A DNA stretch of 64,000 nucleotides from NCBI RefSeq assembly GCF_021028975.2, contig NC_059429.1, forward strand, positions 61,442,001 through 61,506,000. Reading direction: 5' to 3'. The translations under genes and the position numbers were made by a program. Source of the stretch: Sphaerodactylus townsendi. Lineage: Eukaryota. The notes under the pieces are model-generated. The model was given only the letters and a program-made list of their open reading frames with translations, was not told the origin of the DNA and ran no database searches. Below, one piece after another: positions 24,921 through 38,480 of this stretch; the first letter of the stretch is position 1, and each line of letters begins with the position of its first letter.

Positions 24921-25894
24921 TGTAAGGGCATGCTTGATTACCATACCTTGCAAAGATACTGTTAAAGACAAAGAATATGGAAAGCCACTTTAATATCAGA
25001 TACTGCCTTTTCCCTATCTCTTCTGGAAACCAGGTCAGCAACAGATGTTGCTTCTTTGCATTTCCTCTACCCATTGTTATGACTTTCCTAAACCACTCAC
25101 CTCATCCCAGTCAAATATCTCAGCTAAATCTGAATAACCTGGGTAGTGTCTCTACAGAGTTACTCTGCATAAAGCCATTCTGTGCTTCCTGATTTAATCT
25201 AAGAGCAATTGACTTCCATTGTCTCGGGTACTTAGAACAATAGAAGAGCTGCTAATTAGCTCAGCCCAGCAAGCCCAGCATGGGAAATTCCAGAGAATTT
25301 AGGAAAATGAAAACTTAAAACTCACTTGTTCCCGCCCCTACCTGAGCAAAAGGGTATAAAAATACAGTGAACCCAAAGTTCCACGTTCTTAATGCTGGTT
25401 CTTTACTCTAGCACTAGCTGGCTAGCTAGCCAGCTCCTGCTGCTGGTTCAAGTTCTCAATGCTGGCTCTCAATGCTGGCTCAAGCCCTCCAGGCTGGCTT
25501 CAGCTTCAGCTGGCTCCAGCTGCTGCCGGCTCCCACTCTCCATGCTGGCATAGGAATCCCTGCCTTCTTCCAGAACTTCTCTGCAGATTTAGGTAACATA
25601 TAGTCCCTGCTTCCCCAAATCCCATGCTATCCTCCCACCTATCTTCTCCTCCCTGTTTATATCCTAGGAACTGTGTGTATGTGACTTGACTTCTTACTGT
25701 GTGATTGTTTGCAACCAAAATTTATATAAAAATATTTAAACTGCAATTTGGTCTTTTGTGAATTCTCTGCAGATACGTTTCAAGCCATTTCTGGTGTACA
25801 TAGTCTTTAAAAGATCCCTACCCAGCCTGCCTCTCGCATTGCTAAGGCAAGTTATTTTCCCCATTGCTACTTAAAATAGTTGTGTGCTGTTACA
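24921..25894 (+). mobile_element. Probable solo LTR (about 974 bp), antisense to NFIA
   Basis: Inverted termini TGTAAGGGCA / TGCTGTTACA (8/10); GC box cccgcccc 25331-25338 and TATAAA 25355-25360; flanks atcctg / ctccta (partial TSD). Confidence 0.65.
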
Positions 25895-25904
25895 CTCCTA
25901 GCAG

Positions 25905-26113
25905 CTGGTGGAGATTCCTTAAAAATAAGTTCACAATCTGTGAAAGCTGGGTAACATTGACGACCATTTTAAATTGTTAATTTTATCCTATTATTGTTGC
26001 TAATTGTTTTATTCACCTATTATATGTATTTTCTACACATTTTAATCTGTCTTTTATATAAATGGATCTGTATTTTGCTACTTATGCCAATAAAGACATG
26101 ACTGACTGACTGA
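25905..26113 (+). mobile_element. Possible RTE-X-type LINE 3' UTR and tail
   Basis: T-rich UTR ending atgccaataaagacatgactgactgactga; same layout as the 56245-56380 end. Confidence 0.45.
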
Positions 26114-28949
26114 TTGTGCCAATCCCCATTTTTGTCATTTGATGTCCAAATGGCAGAATGCTAGTAATGATCAACACAATGTGAAACAGCCATGGGACAT
26201 CAAACACAATGCTATTGGAATCTCTTATTTGTGCTACCCTTCCCTCTCTCTTCCTTTCCCATAACTGCTGCATTAGTGCTACAGCTCTAAATTGCATTTC
26301 AAACATCTTTAGGCCAGAAGTTTTGGCTAAGCTGATTGTGAGGAATCCTAGTAAATGCAAGTGATAATTGCTTTCATTTTTAGCAACAATGATTCATGAT
26401 GTACAGTAAGAGAATTATTGCAACTTTCAAACACTAGAGTGCCACCTTATGCCAATCTGAAACTCCTTACATTCCATTCTACAATCTTACTGTCAGGGAT
26501 TCCCCGTAAAGTACTCTTACATGTGTGACTAGAATAGCAGGTCATTACCATATATTATATGTGTAGGCTTCTAACTACAGATGAAGAGAACAGGCTCTAT
26601 TTTTGCAATCTCCACCTTTTCTTGGATTTTGCAGGTGTTACAAAATCTTTTAACCTGTGTAGAATTTCAGTGGACAAAAATGTAGAAAATACAGTGTTGC
26701 TTTAATACAGGTAGCAATAGGCATATTAACTCAAAGTATGTATATGGGGAGGGTGGACAAGATCTTTACCATATTCTCCTCAGTGCAAAGCTCTAGCAGT
26801 GCAATCCTAACCAGTTACAGCTTTCTAAGTCCATTGAAACCAGTGGGGGCATAACTCTAAGATTGCATAGTGAGCATATGAACCGGCATGTAAGGGTCCC
26901 CAAAACAGTTCAATGATCCATAATTTTATATTAGAGAATGAACCTGAAGACGGATACCATATATGGAAATACAGTCATAAAGGTCAGGACAGCACAATAT
27001 GTATATTGGAACAATGGCTTATATTGTCAATCCTCTTGAGAGACAAACAGTGTGGTATAGCATGACACAGTCTTTAAAAATGGTAGCAATACATGCTGGA
27101 GCTAGATTAAAATTTCAGTTAAATTTGTCACTAATTACTTAGGTCCCAGTTTAATTGCAATAAAAGCAAAGTTATGACTGGGAGACAGTGGTATTTATTT
27201 CTCACTGGTCTGCCTGGAGTATGTCATAGTATAACATCAGCATCTCTGATCAATAGAACAGGGTGGTGACAAGTACTTCTAATTCACTGTTAGTGAATAT
27301 TGACAAGCTGGTAATGATCATCCTGCAGCATGTCATTCAGGTGGAGGACATTAGCACTGTTTAAAGGTCAAAAGGAATGGCTTCATAAAAACAAAGTTCC
27401 ACACAACTCAGTCCATGGAGTGTATAAAACTGTGATAGCCATTGAAAGGTAGAGCTACCACTTACATGGGCTCTGTGACTGTTTTTATTGGTGATCTGCC
27501 GGAGCTGGTTTCTGGGTTTAGGGCCCTCCTCTCCTTCTCTGCTCCCCACTAAGCACTTGTATTTTCTCCCCTTCTGTCTACCAGTATGCCTTCCTCCTGC
27601 TTCTGTATCATTCCATTGTCTGCTCACAAACACTCTGCTTGTACTCATGGCTGCTAGCAGACCGTTCCCCAATGCCATTGGGCAGTGTGTGCAGTAGTAA
27701 TAGTGGATGGTGGAATGCTAGCAAGTGAGTGGGCATGAGTGCTGGCAGCAGTGGACCCTGCCAGAAACCTTTGGCCCAGATGCTGCCCCACCTCAGGGTA
27801 TACTGATACTAGTCCTGCTCACAGCAAATGTGAGTAGCTTCAGACTGAGTGGAAAACCTGTAGCTGGGGAAGGTTTCAAACTTTCTTCATTATCAATTTG
27901 TCTACTCAAAATTTTTCAGATCTGACTTTCTCAACAAGGAATAAAATAAATAGGCTCTTGCCTCTTTCTCAACATATAGGAAAAAATAAAGTTGGGAAAA
28001 GGAACTTTGAATGGACAAGCAGTGGCCACAGGGACATAGGTAAGGGAGGGTTCACGGGTTCAACCCCCCCTTATATGCCCAAAGCAAATTGTCTCTACCC
28101 CCCATGGGCAGACTTTGCAAAACAGCAAGCAAACCCCTTCCTTTGACCCTGGATCCCCGCCCCCCCCGGTGCCAACTCCCAAGCAAGGACAGTGCAGTCC
28201 CGCCTCTCAGACACTCCCAGTCACTTGCAGACAGACAGGCGCAAATTGACAGGCAGGTGGGAAATGTCCATTTGGCTCACCCCACTGGGCCAGATTCAGC
28301 CGGATACTGGAAACAGCCAAGCGGATTGAGGTGTCCAGAGGAGGCTGTGACGGCTCAGGAGGAAGAGGAGGAGCCACGTCCTTCTACCTTTGCCCCTGCC
28401 AGGTTTTGTTTCCCTGCTGAGCTCCAGAGCCGCCACCTCTTGTGCACCCCCACCAGCCAGGCAGGCGCATAGTGACCGCCCACGGGGCCCAAAAAAGTTA
28501 CCTGCAGGAAGATCAGGGAGGGGGCTGGCTGGGAACCCTGCCAAGACCTCCCATTTTTAAAGTAGGGGTTACATCCTCAAGATGTTTTATTTTAGCTCAA
28601 TGTGGGATGTTTTGAACACACTAAACTAATCTTTGCCCCAAGTTGGTTTAAGGTCATTCCCAGCATAAGAAAGTGAAACTAAAAGCTTACAGATCCGACC
28701 AGAGGAAAAAACCACTGTCTCCTCAGATGCTTTATTTTTGTCCTGTCCTGACAAATGATGAGACCGGGTTTTCTGAAGATGTCCCTAGGATGTCTTATTT
28801 TGGTGGTGCAGAAAAGGCCATATAGTGCCTGGCAGATCTATTGCTATTTTTAATCAGCAGTCTCAATGTCCATTAGTGCTTTCAAAAAATCTAATGAATT
28901 TCTGGGAAGCGTTGATAGTGTGGATGCCTTGAAAAGGGGTTGCATTTGC

Positions 28950-29065
28950 ATTTATTTATATCCTACTTTTCTATCAGTTGGGACTAAAGCAGCTTAGAAC
29001 ATTGTTCCCCGTCCTCTGTTCTCTTACAACAACTCTGTGAGGTAGGCCAGGCTGTGTGTGTGTTT
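28950..29065 (-). mobile_element. Old CORE SINE 3' fragment
   Basis: tttatttatatcc...aaagcagctta...acaacaactctgtgaggtagg. Confidence 0.65.
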
Positions 29066-29070
29066 GTCAA

Positions 29071-29147
29071 AGAATCATAGACACATAGAGTAGGAAAAGA
29101 CCACAAGGGCCAACAAGTCCAACCCCCTGCAATGCAGGAACACATAA
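29071..29147 (-). mobile_element. CR1 extreme 3' end fragment
   Basis: agaatcatag...aagtccaaccccctgcaatgcaggaacaca, nearly the same as 20677-20745. Confidence 0.8.
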
Positions 29148-29560
29148 TTGCGGATCCCCAGGGGCAGGGGTGGAAATTGGGGAGGTGTGGCCTGGCCTGG
29201 CCTCCTGAGCCCTGCCCCCTGAACCCATCCCATTAAAAAATCTATATTTACGTCACTGGCAGTGGGCAAGGGAAGTTTATTATATTTCTAAACCACATAT
29301 GCAAAAACAACAAGCAATGTTAAGAGGTTAACACGTGCCAGTTCTCTGCTCAGCCTAAAGCTTCCAGCAGTAGCATTGCATTATACAAGACAAGGTAAAT
29401 CACCATGGAACGCAATGTCAGATTTCCCCCAAAGACCTGATCCTGTATCAGTGAATGAACTGATATTTTCAATAATCATTCTTATACAGTATGAGTATGC
29501 ATGCCAAGGCAGGTATACACAGTTCGAGTGCTATGTTCATGGAGCCATGGGGGTTATATG

Positions 29561-29760
29561 GGGTAGGGCCATGGTTCAGTGGTACAGCATCTGCTTGGCA
29601 GGCGAGGGATCCTAGGTTCCATCTTCAGCCTCTCCACTTAAACAATCTGCCATGACATGAAAGATCTCTATCTGAGATTCTCAGGAACCCTTGCCAGTCT
29701 GAGTAGATAATGTTGACTTATTGGACTTACAGCCATATAAAGCAGCTTCACTTGTTCACA
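29561..29760 (+). mobile_element. tRNA-derived SINE with CR1-like tail (Squam2-type)
   Basis: A box tggttcagtgg, B-box-like ggttccatc, body gaaagatctc...tgccagtctgagtaga, tail gcagcttcac..gttca. Confidence 0.7.
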
Positions 29761-30214
29761 TATTTTTAAAAAGTCTGATGAAGATCAATAATCTAATTCT
29801 GCAAAAACTCAAACTTCCTCTGAAACATTTACCAGACATGAAATCATTGGAAGCTTAACCGAACAGATCTACTATAGCTAGAGAGTCCAGTGGTAGCCAG
29901 GACCCCCCCCAAAAATGGAGGCGGCAAGAAAATGGATACACGATGGAGTCCTGGTCCAGTGTACAACCCCTTATGATAAGGCAGGTCCCTTTATGTAATT
30001 TCAAACATGAAATATAAAGTATTCTTCCATGGATCATAAAATGGTATGCATGGATTTAGGTCATGGGGAGAGAGGACTCATGTTAAATATTTACACTGAA
30101 TCTAGGTCCCTATGTCTAGGTCCCAGGAGTACCCAGGAGTACCTTGAACTATCGTTAACTACAGCAGCATTTTAGGTTTAGCAAACCTCGGTATTTATAT
30201 CTTATTCCCCTGTG

Positions 30215-30463
30215 TGTGTGCGTGCACATGTATGCGCATGCCGTCAAGCCACACATTACTTATGGCGACCACATAGGTTTTCAAGGAAGAGATTTCAGAG
30301 GTGGTTTGCCACTGCTTGCCTCTGTGTGGGCTGAGAGAGTTTTGAGAGAGTCCTGGAAATCCAAGGTCACCAGCAGGTTTAATGGGGAGGAGTTCGAAAT
30401 TGAAAGGGGAGGAGTTCTCCAGATTAGAGCCTGCTGCTCTTAACCACTATGCCATGCTGGCTC
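30215..30463 (-). mobile_element. tRNA-headed SINE with RTE/Bov-B-type tail
   Basis: Minus head GAGCCAGCATGGCATAGTGGTTAAGAGC; tail acttatggcgacc...ggttttcaagg...tggtttgcca shared with 63640-63720. Confidence 0.7.
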
Positions 30464-30894
30464 CTCTTATTCCAGTACACCTAACAATTTACAAACATTA
30501 AAAAAAAGCATGAGCAAGATTGCCAACTGTCTTTTCGATCCCCAGGATTTAGTATGGTAAGTAATTTGGTAATACCATCCTTCTCTGTTCCAAGAGGTTG
30601 CATCTTTGTGTTGAATGAAAGGGCTTTCACTATGGCCTTTGTAGAATAAGGCTGATGGCTACTGCCATGCCAGAATCCACTGCAAAATAAACTTGTGCTC
30701 AATATAAATTGAAGTTTCCAGAATCGGGCTAGGTCAAGTACTGACAATATTTTGCTATTCCAATGAACAGCCCAGTTTTGCAAAAAACAGAACTTATCAG
30801 TTATTAATTTCATTATAATACGCAATTTATTTTCTTTACCTAATTAAAATTGCAACACTATTTAGTTATTTATGATATTTAGAAATGGATTTTA

Positions 30895-31131
<237 letters not shown>

Positions 31132-33857
31132 TCAAATACTTCAGTAATTGTTTCTTCCTTCATTTCCCTGAAAGCCTATACAGCCTTTCCCCCTTTCCTG
31201 CTTCTGTTTATCTCTTCCACCCTCCCACCCACTTACCTTTTATATGTTCTGTCTTCACCTATATTTATTAAGTTCATTTATATCCTGCCTTTCTCCGCAA
31301 CAGTGACCTAAAGCAGCTTACACCATTGTCTTGCAACCGTTGCAACTTGGGTTTGGGCATTTTTCAGGTTTGTAGGAAGATCTAAACTACCTTGAAGGAA
31401 GATCTGTCTTTTCTGTTCATGGTTCCCGACTCTGGATTTAAGAATGCACATGCTGTCAATTAGCTGTATTGAAACTGATCACTGATGGTTATTTAGGTAA
31501 GCAGATATATGGCTAGAGTTTAAGCAAGTTATCAATAACTGAGAGTTTTGTATATATTAAGATATTTCAGCTAGAAATCGGACAAAAAATAAGACAGTAT
31601 TAATAAAGTTACCTCAGATGACCCTAACGACTTAACAATTGAAATTAAAATACTGTAGCTAGGAATCAGATGGGACAGCTAAATTCTATAATCGTTTTAA
31701 ACATTATTCTCGAAAGAAACATCTGATCAGGATTATCTACTCATTCATTCAAACAAAACAAGATTTAAAGATGTACTCTGCATTTTCTGAGGTTATATTA
31801 AAGATACCTTAAAATAGTAGCTGTTAAACAATTTTGAAAATGTATGATTTTCACAAAGGAAGAGGTCTTTAAAAAGAGCTTTTCAAAAGAAAAAGAAAAA
31901 TTTTGCATAAGAGAGCAATAAGGAAAATCCTCTGATTTCTTTTAAGAGACAGACATATGATTGCCTGCTTGTCTCACTTGTATAAAGGATATTTTATATC
32001 AAAATGTTAATACACTTTCCATAACAGTATTTCCTCTTTTCTATGAAAACATGTCCATCACCAAATGGTATAATAAATTATAAAACAAGAAGCCCTCAAA
32101 TTGTAAATTGGGTACAAGAAATTCTGCTGTACCAGATACTATAGTACATACCGAACGTATCAGGATTTCAATTAGAAGGCTGCAGCTGATAGGCCAGCAT
32201 GACCTATTGCTTTTGAAATCAGGGTCAAAGAAATCTGAGGATAAGGGGATTATTAAAAGAACCGTAAAGACGTTCTTGTCTGCAGGATAAGTGGCATACC
32301 TTTTAAGGTTGTTCTAATTAAGGTCACCAGATCTAACACATATATACACACAGTATTGAATGTAAGAGCTCCGTATGCCCAGATGGAGTAATCTGTCTAT
32401 TAGATTGTTTGATTTCACTTCATTTAGTCATAGCACTACAAAAAGTATACTATTGCTATTGAACTGCTATTCTCATTATGTTATATATTTTATAGTGCAT
32501 ACTTTAACACATACACATTTACACACACAATGCTGCACGTACTAATCACACTGAAAGAATGTATTGATTTGTCAGATATTACCAATTGCATGTCTATCAC
32601 TGTGAAAGCAGTGTATGTCCTTTCTTTTTTCAGGTGACACACAGAAGCTGATTTTCCAATAAATAATGCAGCGCTGGAAGCCAATTTTTGCCAAACCTCG
32701 TTGGTACTGGCTACAATCATAAATCTGCCAGTCTTCTTTTAACCTCAACTTTTTATGGATGCAAATCTAACAGCAACAAATACCAAGAACAGGAAAAGAG
32801 CATAGTCCCTAGACCTAGACAGATAGATACCCAGGGACCTAAAGGTCAGAGCTCAGCTCCTGAATAAATTTCCAGGATAGTACTGATCCAGGTTAATCAA
32901 TATTGCTTTTACTGATGTGAACTATATCCTCAGATTATAAATTATACCCCGGTATAAACTATGTGCATGCTTTCAGTTGCAAGAGAGGACTTTTTTTCGC
33001 AACCATTGCCAAATGTTAGTCTTGCATATGTTCAAAGCGATGAGCATAACTAGAGAACATGTAGCATAACCATGGGAAGTATGCAAACATGAACATTCTC
33101 CTGGGTCATTCTGCACATTCTCTCCAGGTGAAAGTGTATACCTACTGATGTTTTGTGTGCTATCTACAGCTGTTCCAGCCATTCTCCAGCATAAGTACAC
33201 CAGCATAAAAACAAGTGACATACAATAGTATGAAAGCAATCCTTTTCTGAGATGACAAATGCACACATGATTTACACTGAAGAGTTGGTAAATTTCAGAT
33301 ATAGTTTACAGTAGTACAGCCTCTATTTTCCACAATTATTAATGTGCACGTTTTTCAATTATGCTCTCTTTTTATAATAGTTCCACATGCAATATTTATG
33401 TATGAGTACTTTATTGGGGTTCTTTTAATGTTAATTGCACAGTCTGTAAACATTACTTTTCTGAATCACAAGGTAATCACAGCATTAAGACATGTTACAA
33501 GAGCCTAGACATATAAAGTATCCCACTATACAGTGACATCTTAAAATCTTAAAATAGTAATGATCAATTAGAACCCCAAGCCTATTATCTTAACCAAATG
33601 CCTGATTAGAAAGAAAAGCCTTCCCCCTTCTAACTGCAATTTGATTCCTCCTGGTTTTATCCCCTGCTTAGATAATCCTCTGTTTCACAAACAATGTCAA
33701 ACAACTAACTTCTAACAGTACTTACAAAATAAGTGACTATGCCAGGGACCACTTGACAGTCATTGAATAGATTTTTTTGATCCTCTTGGCAATAAGTACA
33801 GTAAATCAAGTATTAGTTCTATGCTTTAATATTCTAGTTAGGTTGAAATGGATCTCA

Positions 33858-34070
33858 CTTATTTATTGGACTCTGCTTTTCCCACCAATGGAGACTGAAA
33901 ATAATTTGAATCATCATTCTCTCCTCCATTTTATCTTCGGAACAGCACTGTGAACTAGGTTAAGTGGGGAAGGACAGAGTGACTGGCCCAAGGTCACTCA
34001 GTGGCAGAGTGGAGATGTGAACCAGGGTCTCCCAGATGCTAGACCAATACGTTTACCACTACACCACTCT
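33858..34070 (-). mobile_element. Old CORE/Squam3-like SINE
   Basis: gtgactggcccaaggtcac...gtggcagagtgg...gaaccagg...taccactacaccac. Confidence 0.75.
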
Positions 34071-34096
34071 AGGTTCTGAAGTACACCAGTCACACT

Positions 34097-34487
34097 CAGA
34101 GGTGGGATCCAGCAGGTTCTCACAGGTTCCCGAGAGTAGGTTACTAATTATTTGCATGTGCCGAGAGGGGGTTACTAATTGGTGATTTTGCTGCGTGATT
34201 TTTGCCTTAGTTATGCCCTCCTCTCAGCAGTAGTGCGCAGAACTTGAAGCAGTCTACCAGGAGGTGCACTGGCGTGCATGGCAGCCTGCGTCTGCATGCA
34301 TTCGTTTCCCGCCCATGGACTGGCGCAGCGGCTGCGTCCTTGCCACAGCCCCGCCCAGGAATGCCCCGCCGCCAGGATGCCTGGCCACGCCCCCGTTGTG
34401 CCCCATCCAGTCCCATTGGCGCTACGCCACAGTTTGAATCTCACCACCATGGGAACCTGTTACTGAAATTTTTGGATCCCACCACTG
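34097..34487. mobile_element. Non-autonomous hAT DNA transposon (391 bp)
   Basis: TIRs cagaggtgggatcca / tggatcccaccactg; perfect 8-bp TSD gtcacact (34089-34096, 34488-34495); CpG-rich interior. Confidence 0.93.
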
Positions 34488-36449
34488 GTCACACTGCATG
34501 CAAAACCTGCAGATAAGTTTTGTTGATTAGATTTATCCTACAGATAATATAGATAAGTGGAAACAAACGACAGAATAAATGGACAAAAATTTGAACAAAC
34601 TATAAAAACACACTATTGAAAATGAAAACAAAAAACCTATTCTGAATAACAAATTAACTTCATTTGGACTCTGAGTCCTGCCTTCCACGATGTAATTCTA
34701 TAACCTAACGGCTTGTATCCAACCACTCAGTTAACTTAAGTGGCCTCAGGAAAATTATATTACACTGGGTGGAAATCCTTGTTCCCTGTTTAGTTGGGTA
34801 CAGGTCAATTGTCTTTGGTTAGTCTGCTTACATGACAGTTGTCATCATCACTATGATGAAGGAAAGTTTATTCCTGGTCTAGAAAAAAACTACTATTTGT
34901 GGAAACCCCAAAACAATTTCAGCTCTGTTGTATGTTTAATTTACAGCACAATCCTGAGGAGAGTTACAGCTTTTTAAGCATACTGAATTTAATAGAAAGG
35001 TGTAACTGCTTAGCACTCCACTGTTAGTCTGAGAAAACTGTACATCCCAGCATAGAATTCCTACAGTTTCCTCACATAATTTATGTGAATGTGATAGTGA
35101 ACCTGCTGAGAGTTATAGCTGCATCTTTATTAAAAACAAATATATTTAGTCCAAATTTTGATCAGTGTTCTGAAGTTTTAAAAACCACATTTGAATGCTA
35201 ACTTATCCAAGTTAAAAATCTTCTTAAAATTAAACATTTTAAAAATATAGCCCATTCCTTTTTAACAGCAAGGCATGTTTTTATCACTGAAATGTATGGA
35301 TGTTATATATTTTTAATCCCTATTTCTCTAGAAACCCTCACGTTTAGCAATCGTTGCACCAACAATTAACTGCAGCTGCTTTACTATCCAGAATTATTAG
35401 ATATTTTCTTTCAAACATAACAACAAGGCTGCTGTGTCTACATGCCAATGTTATCTGAAGCTTGTTTGTACATTTGTCTTTTTAATACAGTTTTAAAAAA
35501 CCAATAGAAAATTCTTTGTGTAGTATAACAGAATGAATTAGACTATGTTGGACATAATACATAAATACAATGGAGGGACACTTTTAAGACTTTAAAGTCA
35601 TGTAATGCAATTCTAGGCTGGATCTTTCTTGTTGTAAAAGGCAGAATACAAGTGGCCCAGAGAAGAAAGGACCAATATTTGACAACAGAAATCAGCATAA
35701 CCTTTTAACTGCAGCAGTCATGGATGACTGCCCTTTGACCTGGGGAGATTATGTGGGATTTCAATGACAACAGCTGGAAGTGAGCATGTGTGAATAGAGA
35801 ACACAAGATCTTAGGCCTAATACAAAAGCCTGCTCAGATCAGAGCGTTGATTAGAAATTGTTTCCTGGTCCTGGCTTAATAGAGTGTAATAATGAAAGTT
35901 TTGTTAACACTTCACACTACACAAAATTAGTGGGATCTTAGTTTCTTTATAGTCTTTTTAGCAATTCTTGCAAACCCACCACTGAACAGGGATATTTTTA
36001 AAATACTTGCCAATATTATAGCTACCCTTCTACAGAGCAATATAATACACTGTGTCAGATCAATCGCCTAGGTGCTACACATGTTTGTTGAGAAGTACTG
36101 ATTAATTCAGTGGGGTTTAAGCATATAACTTAAAATTTTAATAATATATTGCAAAAAGTCTCATTTCACAGGGCACTGGATAAAATTTAACAGATGGAGT
36201 AAACATAAATATGCACCATTTCATAGACTTGCTTTTCTTGTGAATTTTCTCTGAGATACCTGATGAATTTAGCACATGATGCTATCAACTGAAGTGGAAT
36301 TTCAACCTTGATTACCAGTTCATTCTGTGATATTAAACTATACTGCTTAACTTCTTTATATGAAGAACCCTTGTGAACCAGTAGCCATACTAGTTTATTT
36401 TTATGTAAAGGCATTTATTTTGTATTTTAAAAAGCATTCTATTACATGA

Positions 36450-38480
36450 GCTCCGAGCCAGGGAATGTGTCAGATCATTGGTCTTTTAATATTGCCTTTT
36501 ACTGACAGCAGTTTTCCACTGACTCAAGGAGATCGCACACTGGCTGTATGTGCAACCTCAAAGTCATCCCAGTAAGGACCCTTCCTGCTGAATTCTGGAC
36601 CAGCCAAAGTTTCTGAAGCAATCTCAAGGGAAGCCCTCTGAAGAGGGAATTACAGTAGTCTAATCTGGAGGTGACTGTTGCACAGATAACTGTGGCAAGG
36701 TAGGGTGAGACAGATAGGGCACCAGCTGCTTAGTTTGGCAAAAATGGAAAAATGTCTTAAGTTCAGTCTTAAGTTCTGTGACTTGGGCCTCTATAAAAAA
36801 GGGAGGCATCTACAGTCATCCCCAGGCTTTTGATGGTTGGTTTTGGGGTTAAGTTCACCCCATCCAAATATGGCAACTGGTATGCTAAATCTGGATCCCC
36901 TCAGCTCAGCCACAGAACCTTCATCTTCAATTAATTTAGTTTCAGCCAACTCTGTTTCAACCACTTTACAACAGCCTCCAGGCAATTGGCCAAAATATGT
37001 AGGACAAACTCCAAGTGGCTGTCCATCAACAGATACAGCTAGGTATCATCTGCATTCTGAAGACACCACATCCTGAAATTCTGGACTAACAAGGAAAGAG
37101 GATGTGGGCAGATGTTATATAACATTGGGGAACCCCACACACCAAAGGGTGTCATGGCAACACCCTCTCCTCCAGTACTATCTTCTGTTCCCAATCTTGG
37201 AGGAATGAGATCAGCCACTGCAAGACTGTTCCATTTAATCCAGAAACTGTGAGGTGGTGAACCATAAGGTCATAATTGACTGTGTAAAATGTTGCTATAA
37301 GATGGAGCAATGACAGCAGCCCTGACTCGCCTTGATCCAATTGTCTATTGAAATGGTCTGTGAGGATGATAGTCTCCATCCCATGGCCAGGCCAGAAACT
37401 GGACTGAAACAGATTAAGTGCTGATATATCCTCCAGAAATGCCTGGAACTGTTTTGTCACCCCTCTCCCAACTACCTTACCAAGGAACAGAAGATTCAAA
37501 ACTAGGCGGTTGTTTGGGTTTTTTTTAGGATTGGTCTCACCACTGCCTCCTTTTATCTTCCTAGCCTAGGAAGACCCCTGAAATCAGTGATAGATGGATA
37601 ATGTCCAACAGGAAAGCCTGCACCTCCTCACTGGTGGCTTTCATCAGCTACAATGGGCACAGGTCTAAAAGGCAAGTGGTTTTGGCTTCACAGCAGCCAG
37701 AATTCTGTCAATATCGACCCAGAAGAGCCAGGGCCTGAAGATGGCAAAGAGTGAGTGAACATCCAGTTCACTCACTGTATCAATACTGGAAGGGAGGTCT
37801 TGGTGGAGTACAAAACCTTTATCTGCAAAAAAAAAAGTAAGCTTCACAGCTAATTGCCAAATCCCTAACCTTTTGGGACCCCTCAGAAAGGGAAGGAAAT
37901 AATTGTGTGGAGTGTGAGCTAGCAGATGCATAAAATTCTTTTTAGTGGCCTTCACTGCAACCTAGGATTTTGTAAATGTCCTATAGACACTTTTGCAGCT
38001 TCGTCACAAGTACGCTACCACACTCACTCTATTCAGCTAGGGTCCTGCTTCATGACACAAAGCTCTGCACTACACCATGAGGCTAAGTTGATGTGGGAAC
38101 AAAGAAGACATTGGGAAGGAATCTCATTGATGGCTTCAGACAGACAGTTATGCCGGTCATCTACCAACCCATCTAGAGAATCGGGGTGGGGGTGGGGGGA
38201 GCATAGGAAACCAATAAGTATTCTGGAAGCCAACTGGATTCATAAGTCTCCATAGATGCTCACTGCCTTTGTGAAGGGGGGGTACAGAATCCCAGATGGG
38301 CCTTCAGGGCAAAGTGATCTGACCATGGCACTCTTATCAATAGAGACCAGATTAACATCCAACCCCATACGAAAGATCAGATCCAGAGTGTGCCCAGCTT
38401 GATGTGTGGAACCTGACACAATCAAAGCAAGTCCCAGTGCTGCCATAGAAGACACTAGATCCTAAACCTGCAAAGAACCA
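36450..38480 (-). mobile_element. Decayed L2 LINE (endonuclease and RT fragments)
   Basis: Minus-strand ALGLALIVSGSTHQAGHTLDLIF (APE endonuclease) and LFQSSFWPGHGMET...GTVLQWLISFL (L2 RT). Confidence 0.85.

Noticed and set aside
29774-29800. CTGATGA followed by an AGAT/ATCT hairpin as a hammerhead
   Set aside because: No GAAA after the stem. Other CTGATGA hits (16263, 36260, 54573) lack a stem II.
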